This document shows, in pieces, positions 8,356 to 16,392 of a stretch of 50,290 nt of DNA. The DNA is taken from the sequence record DRR723986_8357; one strand, written 5' to 3'. How positions within the stretch are numbered: position 1 is the first letter of the stretch; each line of letters opens with the position of its first letter. Below the pieces are notes generated by a model. It saw nothing but the letters and a program-made list of their open reading frames with translations, was not told the DNA's origin and made no database searches. The translations under genes and the position numbers were made by a program.

Positions 8356-9267
8356 TCAGTCTCGAGCACGGTCGTCCTTTAGGAAGGTGGCAAGCTTACT
8401 GAGTTTGTCCGTGTTGATCAGATCGACTTTTGCTTGTTGTAATTCTTTCCAAATAGCGGGCGATTCCGGCGTAGCCCAGAAGCGAACGAGCTGGCCATTT
8501 CGGTGGGCTGTTGCGACCCAATTGTGCAAACGATGTTTCTCTTTTTCTGGAAATGGCCCGATGCCACGCCACACAAAGTGTTTGCCCCAATGATCACTAA
8601 TGAGCGGCATTAAGTGCGGTGGGTTGTTCATCCCGAGGTCGGCAATGCGGCCGTCTACACCGGCCCACCTTACCGGCTGCGCTTTGAGTTCTGACGTGGG
8701 GCGATTTCCTGAGATGACCACCGTGATTGGGCGCGAATCAATTTTGCCCTCACGCACCTCGGTAAGCATGTGGTTGTACTTTTCGAGGATCTCGTGAAGC
8801 TTGGCGTAGGTCGCTTTGCCGTTGGTCTTAATGTCAACCAAGAGGATGAACGGTGCTCGTTCTGAGACGACGAATCCGGAGTTGGACTGAACGATTTTCT
8901 GGAGCGGTTTTAGGTACAGCGATTCGATCGTACGTTCGGGACGCAACTGGGAGCGATCATGACCGACTAGTAGTTGGTTGCCTTGCAGGAAAATGTCCAC
9001 CTCGACACTTGCAAAGCCCTGATCTAATGCATCGTGCAACGGCCTTGGGTGCAGGTAGTCGTTGTGAGCATGCCCAAGCGACTTGGATTCGGTATCGCGG
9101 GCGGGGACTGGCGTTTTGATCTGCCCGAGGACAGCAGCAGTCGGGCTCAGTAGCAGCGCAATGGCCACTATCAGTCCACTTTGAATCCCGCGAATCGAAA
9201 AGTGCCGACGACTAACGGATGTGTTTTCAGGACTTGGAAGAGAGGCGTTGGAGATCGTGGTTAGCAA
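8356..9267 (-). CDS. PLC-like / glycerophosphodiester phosphodiesterase (Aim6-like), probably exported; start uncertain
   Basis: HAHNDY, ALDQGFASVEVDI, LLVGHD, LLVDIKT, VRFWATP, VDLINTD; hydrophobic signal upstream. Confidence 0.85.
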   Translation of the reverse strand: MLTTISNASLPSPENTSVSRRHFSIRGIQSGLIVAIALLLSPTAAVLGQIKTPVPARDTESKSLGHAHNDYLHPRPLHDALDQGFASVEVDIFLQGNQLLVGHDRSQLRPERTIESLYLKPLQKIVQSNSGFVVSERAPFILLVDIKTNGKATYAKLHEILEKYNHMLTEVREGKIDSRPITVVISGNRPTSELKAQPVRWAGVDGRIADLGMNNPPHLMPLISDHWGKHFVWRGIGPFPEKEKHRLHNWVATAHRNGQLVRFWATPESPAIWKELQQAKVDLINTDKLSKLATFLKDDRARD

Positions 9268-9675
9268 CGTTTGCTTTCGTTCTTGAGAATGTGGACCACA
9301 ATGTGAACATGATAGTAAATGCCGACGCTGGCGGTTGGACGTAGAGTAACGATGTCTCGGTGAGCCTAAGGTTGGCTGGAGCTGATCCCCCATAATGGCG
9401 AACGATTTTGGCGGTTGCGCTATGGTTTGACCAACAAACCAGTTTTACGGCCAAAATTTGTCACGTAGTTGATAGCCTGATGCTTGAAGATCTCACCGTG
9501 GTCAAATACGATCGCAAGTTACTTATCTGAAGACTTATCCACGACTTAAGATCATCCCACGACCTTCAGTGCGCTAGTTAGCCCACGGGAGTGTCTTTTG
9601 TTGGGCTGGTGGGTCAGAGACATTGGCCGCGGGAACCATTCGGACGCCCCTCCCGCGACCTAGAGACGTTCTGGA

Positions 9676-10881
9676 GTGCATACATTGCCAAGGGGCTCAT
9701 CACGATCGAGCAAACGGAGCCGCAAGAGTTCTGACGCGTACCGCTCTGCTCACGAAGATTTTACCAAGCCGGAGGGAATGTTCTCCACTCTGTGTCGGTT
9801 TATCGGTGGTGGCATTAAGCGATCGTTCTTCGACTTGTTCCGCATTGGCCGTATCGGGATCAATGTTTTCGATGGAACCAAGATGTGGTTGTGGGCTCAC
9901 CGAAAGTCGTTGCCCATTGTTCTGCTCGGATTGTTCGTTTTTATCCTAGGTGTGTATTTTGGAAGCATCTGGCTGTCCAAGTCATCTGGCGGCAAGAAGT
10001 CCAGTGCGAGTTTAGTTGGCGATTCTTCTGCGCAGCTCACTGGGAATCCTAACGGGAGTCTTACTGGGCAAGACGATGTTGGAGCGTTAGGGGGCGGTGA
10101 TTCCAGTGAAGACGCCGCCGATCGCGGGGCTGACGATTTGCCGCTCCAGCCGGCTGTCGACCAAGGATTGGCTGGTGATCAAAGCAATGCTTCGGTAGGT
10201 TTCATGGAAGAGGAAGATCCTGAAGCCGCATTGGCTGGAATCCTGAAGATTGGACGTCGAATGGTTGACGGACGGCAGTATTCCCGGGCCAACAAGATCT
10301 TGTCGCAAGCCCTCGAGAAGCACTATGATTCGTCGGAGCTTGTCTATCTGCTAGTGATTAGTCAGTTGGCCAATCGAGACTACGCCGATGCGGGCGCTCT
10401 GCTTTCCGATGAGAGATTTCTGGACGCGGAGGATCCCATTTGGCAGGTGCTCTACACGTCGTGGTTGTTGTACTCTCCGCGAACTTCACATCCAAGTGCA
10501 GCGAAAAAACTGACAGAAGCTATTTCGCTTCGCGTCGATGATCAAACGGAGGTGGAGCGCATACCGGGATGGTTTGATGCTCGTCGTGGCAATTACCAAC
10601 GTGCGGTCAAAGTGCTGTCGTCCGTGCCCGCCAGTGGCGAGCGTTCCTTCGTCGACGCACTGTTCTATTCCGTTGCCTTGACGCAAGCTGGGGAGTCTGG
10701 GCGCGCGCTGGCGTTCCTCACTCAGGCCAAAGAAAAGCTTGCTGTGGCGAGCGATACGGCTGAACTAGAAAGCGATTCAACCATGTCGCTAGCGGTGCGA
10801 ACGTGCAAGGGTACAATAACTCGCGCGTTGGTCCGTTACTCAGCGAAACTTGAAGCGATGGCGGCAAAGTCGGGACCGTAG
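9676..10881 (+). CDS. Membrane-anchored TPR-like hypothetical protein
   Basis: Single TM helix (IVLLGLFVFILGVYFG), acidic linker, helical repeats such as GNYQRAVKVL. Confidence 0.7.
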   Translation: MHTLPRGSSRSSKRSRKSSDAYRSAHEDFTKPEGMFSTLCRFIGGGIKRSFFDLFRIGRIGINVFDGTKMWLWAHRKSLPIVLLGLFVFILGVYFGSIWLSKSSGGKKSSASLVGDSSAQLTGNPNGSLTGQDDVGALGGGDSSEDAADRGADDLPLQPAVDQGLAGDQSNASVGFMEEEDPEAALAGILKIGRRMVDGRQYSRANKILSQALEKHYDSSELVYLLVISQLANRDYADAGALLSDERFLDAEDPIWQVLYTSWLLYSPRTSHPSAAKKLTEAISLRVDDQTEVERIPGWFDARRGNYQRAVKVLSSVPASGERSFVDALFYSVALTQAGESGRALAFLTQAKEKLAVASDTAELESDSTMSLAVRTCKGTITRALVRYSAKLEAMAAKSGP

Positions 10882-10994
10882 AATCGGTCGCCGAAGCGGT
10901 TGGTGGGCAGCAGCGTCGTGATTCTTACCTCGGCTCTGTGACTTGGCTGTTTGACTAGCTCGGGCTTCGCTTCTTCTTTCTAGTGCGAAAAAAC

Positions 10995-11663
10995 ATGGAT
11001 GCCCGTCTACGTGCTGCGTCGCGAATGATTGCAGGCCCCCGGCATTGTGACATCGGTAGTGATCATGGCTACCTTCTGCATGATTTACTGTCTCGTGGCG
11101 TGATCAGTCATGGTATCGCGGTTGAAAACAAGGCTGCGCCGCACGCAAATTCTGTTCGAACACTCTCAGGCATGGCCGCTGAGGTCCGTTTGGGCGACGG
11201 TCTTGAGCCGATACGAGAGGGTGAAATTGATTCACTGAGTATCTGCGGAATGGGCGCGGAGTCGATCGTGAAAATCCTGGGTGCGTATCCCGATCGAGTT
11301 CCTGGAAAGGTTGTTTTGCAGGCGAATCGTCAGTCGGAATTGTTGCGCCGCTGGGCCATCGAGGCTGGGTTTTGGTTGGTTGACGAAGTTGAGATTTGCG
11401 GCCGCTGGTGGTACGAGATTTTGCAGTTCGAATACCATCCCTGTGAGGCGGATCCGGCTTACCGCAATTCAACCGAGGCAAGCAAGCAAGCAATTGCACT
11501 AGCGCTTGGTCCGCACTTTATTGGTCGCAAAGATGCAACGACTCAAGAACGTTTTCGTGCTGAAGCGGAGAAGCTGCGGCAGCACGAGACGCTAAATGGC
11601 GCGTCGACCCGTCGGCTTATGTACCTCGATGAAGTGCTAGGTGGCTGGCAAGGCGACAAGTGA
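10995..11663 (+). CDS. trmK: tRNA (adenine(22)-N1)-methyltransferase TrmK family
   Basis: RL..., DIGSDHGYL, RLGDGLEPI, ICGMG, LQAN, YEIL motifs. Confidence 0.85.
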   Translation: MDARLRAASRMIAGPRHCDIGSDHGYLLHDLLSRGVISHGIAVENKAAPHANSVRTLSGMAAEVRLGDGLEPIREGEIDSLSICGMGAESIVKILGAYPDRVPGKVVLQANRQSELLRRWAIEAGFWLVDEVEICGRWWYEILQFEYHPCEADPAYRNSTEASKQAIALALGPHFIGRKDATTQERFRAEAEKLRQHETLNGASTRRLMYLDEVLGGWQGDK

Positions 11664-11772
11664 GAGCACTCGTATTTTCGCCGTCCGGCCCGGAATGAGA
11701 TTAGCGCGAGTGTGCATCGGGGCAATGATCCACACTCTCGCTTGGTCGCAGGAATTTGCGGCAACCCAACGG

Positions 11773-12522
11773 TTACAGCAAGGACTCTAGCAGGAGGCGA
11801 AGTTTCCGCAATTCGCCACGTTGGTCAAACTCTGGCATCGGAGGCATTTGAATGCTCAATGCGTGAGTGTAGCCAGATCGAGACAATTGCAGAGCGATCT
11901 TCCCATAGTCGACTTCGCCCTGCCCTACTCTGACCTGTAGTTGGTCTTTCTTGGAATCTCGCAGATGACAATGGAATACGTATTCCATGATCATGTCGAG
12001 ACTCTTGTTGGGGCAGGGTCCACAGAGATAGTGGCTGGGGTCGAGCGTTAATCCGAGTCCCTTCACGTTGTCGCAAAGAACTTTGACCGTTTCGGGATCT
12101 TCACTCAGACGACCAATCTGGCTTTTCATTGCTACACGAACACCTTCGTCGGTAGCAATGTCGACCAAGCGTTGCAGTCTTTCCACTTCTTCGTTGAACG
12201 GTGTGCCCAGTTCGCCTGAGGGAACTGTCAGCGTGACGACTTTCGTCGCTTTGCCCAAGCGGCAGATTGCAGCAAACTGCTCGAGGTACTGGTCACCTGT
12301 TGCATCAATGTGTACATCGTAGCTGCAAACTTCAAGTCGGTGGCTTTTTCTCGCCAGGGCGATTGCCTTGTCAAAATTGGCATCAATCCGACTCGGGCTC
12401 AGCGCACTACCGTTTTCACGAAGTGCTAGCTCAACGGTAGTGAACTCAAGATCAACAAACGCTTCGATAACATCGGGCATTTGCATCTCAGGGAAACAAT
12501 CTGTCGATACAGCAACATACAC
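11773..12522 (-). CDS. Sugar phosphate isomerase/epimerase (xylose-isomerase-like TIM barrel)
   Basis: GLTLDPSH, HCHLRD, VGQGEVDY motifs; AGGAG RBS before GTG. Confidence 0.85.
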   Translation of the reverse strand: MYVAVSTDCFPEMQMPDVIEAFVDLEFTTVELALRENGSALSPSRIDANFDKAIALARKSHRLEVCSYDVHIDATGDQYLEQFAAICRLGKATKVVTLTVPSGELGTPFNEEVERLQRLVDIATDEGVRVAMKSQIGRLSEDPETVKVLCDNVKGLGLTLDPSHYLCGPCPNKSLDMIMEYVFHCHLRDSKKDQLQVRVGQGEVDYGKIALQLSRSGYTHALSIQMPPMPEFDQRGELRKLRLLLESLL

Positions 12523-12901
12523 TGCTGCTCCTCCTTGCTATTCATTTAGGCTGCGAAACCGTGCAGCCGATGGTTCGGTATGTTCGTCGTGTCGTGCTAT
12601 GGTACTATCGACCAAGTTCGATGCACAACGCGGTCACAGAATTCTCCTGTGACGATTCGGTCCGTTGAATCCGCTTCCCGGATGTTACAGGATACGCCAA
12701 TTGCCATTCCAGTCCAGATTGGCTAATCATCCTTTATTTCCCCAAATGCTTGCTATCGGGCAATGCAACGGGGCGAATCGAGGCCCGGCCAGGATCGCAG
12801 CGAGAGGTGGCTGGCGCGGACTTTGGGAATGCAGCTAAAGGCAGAAGCAGTGCCGCTCGAACAGGTAAGACTTGTTCGGTTGGGATACAGCGGCAGGGCT
12901 G

Positions 12902-13426
12902 CTAGCTGGCCATCCTGCGACCTTCGACTTCGTGGGAGTGCACTTCTTCGGCACTCGGACGATAGCGAAGTTGCATGAGGTAAGCGTCTTCGGTTGTGTC
13001 TTCGTAGTAGTCGCGAAGAACGCTGATGGCTCGGAATCCAAGTTGCTTGAAGAACAACTGAGCTTCAAGGTTGGTTTCGCGAACTTCAAGAAGGATTCTA
13101 TTGCGTCGTTCTGCAGACAGTTTGCCAATGAGTTTTTGAATCATTGTCCGTCCGACGTCGCTACGACGCATTTCGGGGGCGACGGCAAAATTGAGCAGGT
13201 GAAGTCGGTTCTTGTGGAGTTCATAGATCATGAATCCAACAACTTCTTCATCTACCTCGGCAACCATGCCAATGCAGTTGCGCTGACGAAGGCAGCGGAT
13301 AAATTCTTCTTCTGACCACGGGAATTCGAAGCTCGCCTCTTCGATCGCCAGCACGTTTGGCATATCACGCCGAATCATCCAACGAATGTGTGCTGAAGAC
13401 GATTGCTTGCTTTTCTGCAGTGGCAT
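12902..13426 (-). CDS. rimI: Ribosomal protein S18-alanine N-acetyltransferase
   Basis: IEEASFEFPWS, LHLLNFAVAP..RR..VG, LEVRETN..AQ.F, RDYY..EDA; GGAGGGA RBS before ATG 13426. Confidence 0.92.
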   Translation of the reverse strand: MPLQKSKQSSSAHIRWMIRRDMPNVLAIEEASFEFPWSEEEFIRCLRQRNCIGMVAEVDEEVVGFMIYELHKNRLHLLNFAVAPEMRRSDVGRTMIQKLIGKLSAERRNRILLEVRETNLEAQLFFKQLGFRAISVLRDYYEDTTEDAYLMQLRYRPSAEEVHSHEVEGRRMAS

Positions 13427-13755
13427 CCTAGAAATCCCTCCGAGTAACTTTCGCTTTAACGAAAGCATCATGCTCGCCACCAGTTTCGTGTCGCAGAGCG
13501 GCTCGTCACCAAGTGATTTTGGTAACCCTCTGCACATCAAAACAGTGGCGTGTTTCGGTCAACATTTTTGTCGACTACCCTTAGGCGGCGGATGTTATCA
13601 AATCCAACTCGCTCAGCCAATACAGATGTCGAGAGAACGTGGAAACTCAATCGAGCTTCAGCACGTAAAGCGATAACGATTGCAGGCAAAGTTGCACGTT
13701 GTGAACGATTTGATGTTCACCTTTAGCGCGGAGCCGCGAGTTCGTTTAGCTGAGT

Positions 13756-14865
13756 CTAATATTGGGATGTTGAAACAAGCGGCGTGATGAAATCGCGGAC
13801 ACGCAGGCCAAGGTCAATTGCTTGGTGTTTGAGCTTCGGTACTAGTTTTGGGCTGGAGATTCTGAAATCACAGTGAGGGACTGGCGAGGCCCCCAATTGC
13901 GCTTTGTACGGTTCATCGCCGCGCAAAAAGTCGATTGCTGTTTGGCCGTTTTGAGTTGCCTGAACAATGTGCCATAGATTGCACAGGTTGCCCGGTTCCA
14001 GATGCAGGTGCTCGGGCGAGATTCCAGATTGGTACGCAAAAACGGTTTGGTTTTCGACCAGGGAAAACTCAGCAGCAATGGGCTGTTCGTCGTGCTCGAA
14101 CCAAAACAGTCGCAGACCGTTTCGCGCCAAGGCACTTTCGCTTGCCCGCCAGAGCAGATCTTCAAATCGGGGATCTTGGAAGCAACCTGGTTCGCCAAGG
14201 CTATTCCGGCGACGCTGATGGAGATCCTTGAGGACATCTAGTCCGCGTTTCAGAGTGTCTTCATCCGTAACGTGGTGGGCGGCGAATTCGCCCGATTCAA
14301 TCTTCTTCAGCTTGCGACGCGCTTTTTTGCGATGGTTCTTGGAAACCCCCTGCAGATATTCATCGATACTGCCAGGAATGTTAAGACGCCAACAGTTGTA
14401 GGCTGAGCGTCTGCTTATCATGCAGCCAGCAGCCTCCAATTGACGGGCGAGAGCGATCACATTTTCGTCGTCCTGCGCCACTCCTTCGAAGTGAATCGAG
14501 TCCCAGTCGTCCCAGGACATGATCTCGGCAGCAACTGCCTCAGCTATCTCTTCAATGTTGCGTTCAGAGGCAGCGAGGGTCATATAGTCAGGGCAAATTG
14601 AACCAGCGCCAATAAACCGAAGGACCGAAGCCCCTTTGTCTCGCGTGAGCAGCAGGGGGAGCAGTCCAAGAACATCATCGCCAACACGGGCGACAACGAT
14701 ACGCGGTGTGGCGTTCTTCGGAGAGTATGTTTGCAGCCAGGCACATAGCCATTCGGGGGACATAAAGGGGCTTGGAGCCCGCATTAATGTCACTATCTGC
14801 GCATTCCCCTCAATCGCGACTATATTGTCCAACGTCTCTATCACGGGTGTATTTAACTTGAGCAT
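13756..14865 (-). CDS. GNAT family N-acyltransferase, CelD/BcsL (Acetyltransf_6) type
   Basis: SPFMSPEWL, GLLPL, DYM, YL..VSKNHRKKARRKLKKI, AYQSG, IDFLRGDEPYK. Confidence 0.88.
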   Translation of the reverse strand: MLKLNTPVIETLDNIVAIEGNAQIVTLMRAPSPFMSPEWLCAWLQTYSPKNATPRIVVARVGDDVLGLLPLLLTRDKGASVLRFIGAGSICPDYMTLAASERNIEEIAEAVAAEIMSWDDWDSIHFEGVAQDDENVIALARQLEAAGCMISRRSAYNCWRLNIPGSIDEYLQGVSKNHRKKARRKLKKIESGEFAAHHVTDEDTLKRGLDVLKDLHQRRRNSLGEPGCFQDPRFEDLLWRASESALARNGLRLFWFEHDEQPIAAEFSLVENQTVFAYQSGISPEHLHLEPGNLCNLWHIVQATQNGQTAIDFLRGDEPYKAQLGASPVPHCDFRISSPKLVPKLKHQAIDLGLRVRDFITPLVSTSQY

Positions 14866-15078
14866 AAGTTGAAGATTCCCAATTCCTGGCCCTTTATCGC
14901 ATTCTAGATTTAACCGTACGTCAATCAGAACGCTTCGCAACTGCGGAGCTTCACAATTCAACGCTTGCCCGACGTGATCGTAGGCATCACCACGTTAGCG
15001 TTGCCGGCGTGCGCTTTAACTGGGCCCAGCCCTCATTTGCCAACCAGTAAATAAGCCTGCGAATTTCGGAACTATGCC

Positions 15079-16392
15079 ATGCTTGATTCGTTTCGATCCC
15101 ATGAGTCCAACGTCCGTGGGTACATCCGATTGTTCCCAACTCTATTCGATCGAGCGGTAGGATCTGAAGTCTTCAACGTCGATGGCCAGCGCTTCATCGA
15201 TTTCTTTTGCGGCGCTGGAAGTCTGAACTACGGACACAACAATCCGCGTGCCAAAGAAGCGATTCTCGAGTACATCAACCGCGATGGAATTCAACATTCG
15301 CTAGACGCTGCGACTGTTGCGAAGGCGGATTTTATCGACGAATTTCAGCGCGTCATTCTCGCTCCACGCGATTTGCGGTACCGGATGCAGTTCACCGGTC
15401 CAACGGGTACCAACGCGGTCGAAGCAGCGATCAAGATTGCCAAGAAAGCGACCCAACGCAGTCATGTGATCGCATTTACGCATGCCTACCATGGCCACAC
15501 GCTCGGTGCCCTGGCACTGACTGCCAACGAATACTATCACGATGAACACTACGGTTCACGTAACAATGTGACTCACATTCCATTCTGTGGTTATCATGAA
15601 GGCCTAGACTCCGCAAAACTGCTGTCTCAGATGCTCTCTGATTCGAGCAGCGGCCTCCCTAAACCGGCCGCGATCGTATTAGAGACTGTCCAGGGAGAGG
15701 GGGGCGTAAACGTTGCGACGCCGGAATGGCTTCTGGAAATCGAGGACATTTGCCGACACCATGGAATCCTCTTGATTGTGGACGATATCCAAGTAGGAAA
15801 CGGCCGAACGGGAGATTTCTTCAGCTTTGAAGACTCTGGCATTAAGCCCGATATCGTATGCCTGTCGAAGTCTATCGGAGGCGGGCTTCCGCTGTCGGTC
15901 GTGTTGTTGAACGAAGAAGCCGATGTTTGGAAGCCAGGGGAGCACACCGGTACGTTCCGAGGCAACAATCTAGCCTTTGTCGCCGCGACTGCGCTTCTAA
16001 AGTACTGGAGCGATCAAGATTTCCTCAAGCACATTGTTTCGCAAGAGTCACTTTTGCACTCCGAATTGCAAGCGATTGCCAAGAGATTCGAGGTCAGCGT
16101 TCGCGGTCGCGGATTTATTCAGGGAATTGACTGTGGCGATGGCAAAATCGCTCGCGAAGTTATCGACGAGTGCTTTGGAAACGGCCTCTTGATGGAAGCC
16201 TCTGGTGCAAATGATGAAGTGCTGAAGGTAATGCCGGCCCTGACGATGTCGCCCGAACTTCTCAAAGAGGGCCTGCGCATCGTAAGTGCAGCCTTAACGA
16301 GCGTCGCAAAGAAACACCGTCCGTTGCTAGCGCAAGGAGATGCATCGACGGGCGAAGCCTCTGCCAATATGCCCCTGGGAATAGAGCTTTGA
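15079..16392 (+). CDS. ectB: Diaminobutyrate--2-oxoglutarate transaminase (EctB-like, class III PLP aminotransferase)
   Basis: ESNVRGY, DFFCGAGSLNYGHNNP, QFTGPTGTNAVEAAIK, ETVQGEGG, DDIQVGNGRTG, LSKSIGG, WKPGEHTGTFRGNN. Confidence 0.9.
   Translation: MLDSFRSHESNVRGYIRLFPTLFDRAVGSEVFNVDGQRFIDFFCGAGSLNYGHNNPRAKEAILEYINRDGIQHSLDAATVAKADFIDEFQRVILAPRDLRYRMQFTGPTGTNAVEAAIKIAKKATQRSHVIAFTHAYHGHTLGALALTANEYYHDEHYGSRNNVTHIPFCGYHEGLDSAKLLSQMLSDSSSGLPKPAAIVLETVQGEGGVNVATPEWLLEIEDICRHHGILLIVDDIQVGNGRTGDFFSFEDSGIKPDIVCLSKSIGGGLPLSVVLLNEEADVWKPGEHTGTFRGNNLAFVAATALLKYWSDQDFLKHIVSQESLLHSELQAIAKRFEVSVRGRGFIQGIDCGDGKIAREVIDECFGNGLLMEASGANDEVLKVMPALTMSPELLKEGLRIVSAALTSVAKKHRPLLAQGDASTGEASANMPLGIEL

Noticed and set aside
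12872-13315. 147-aa ORF on the plus strand
   Set aside because: Antisense shadow of rimI; likewise the other long antisense ORFs (25447-26142, 16449-17015, 31785-32300) shadow well-supported genes
15079-16392. Ectoine biosynthesis operon
   Set aside because: No ectA, ectC or ask in the window; the neighbouring GNAT is the long CelD/BcsL type, not EctA
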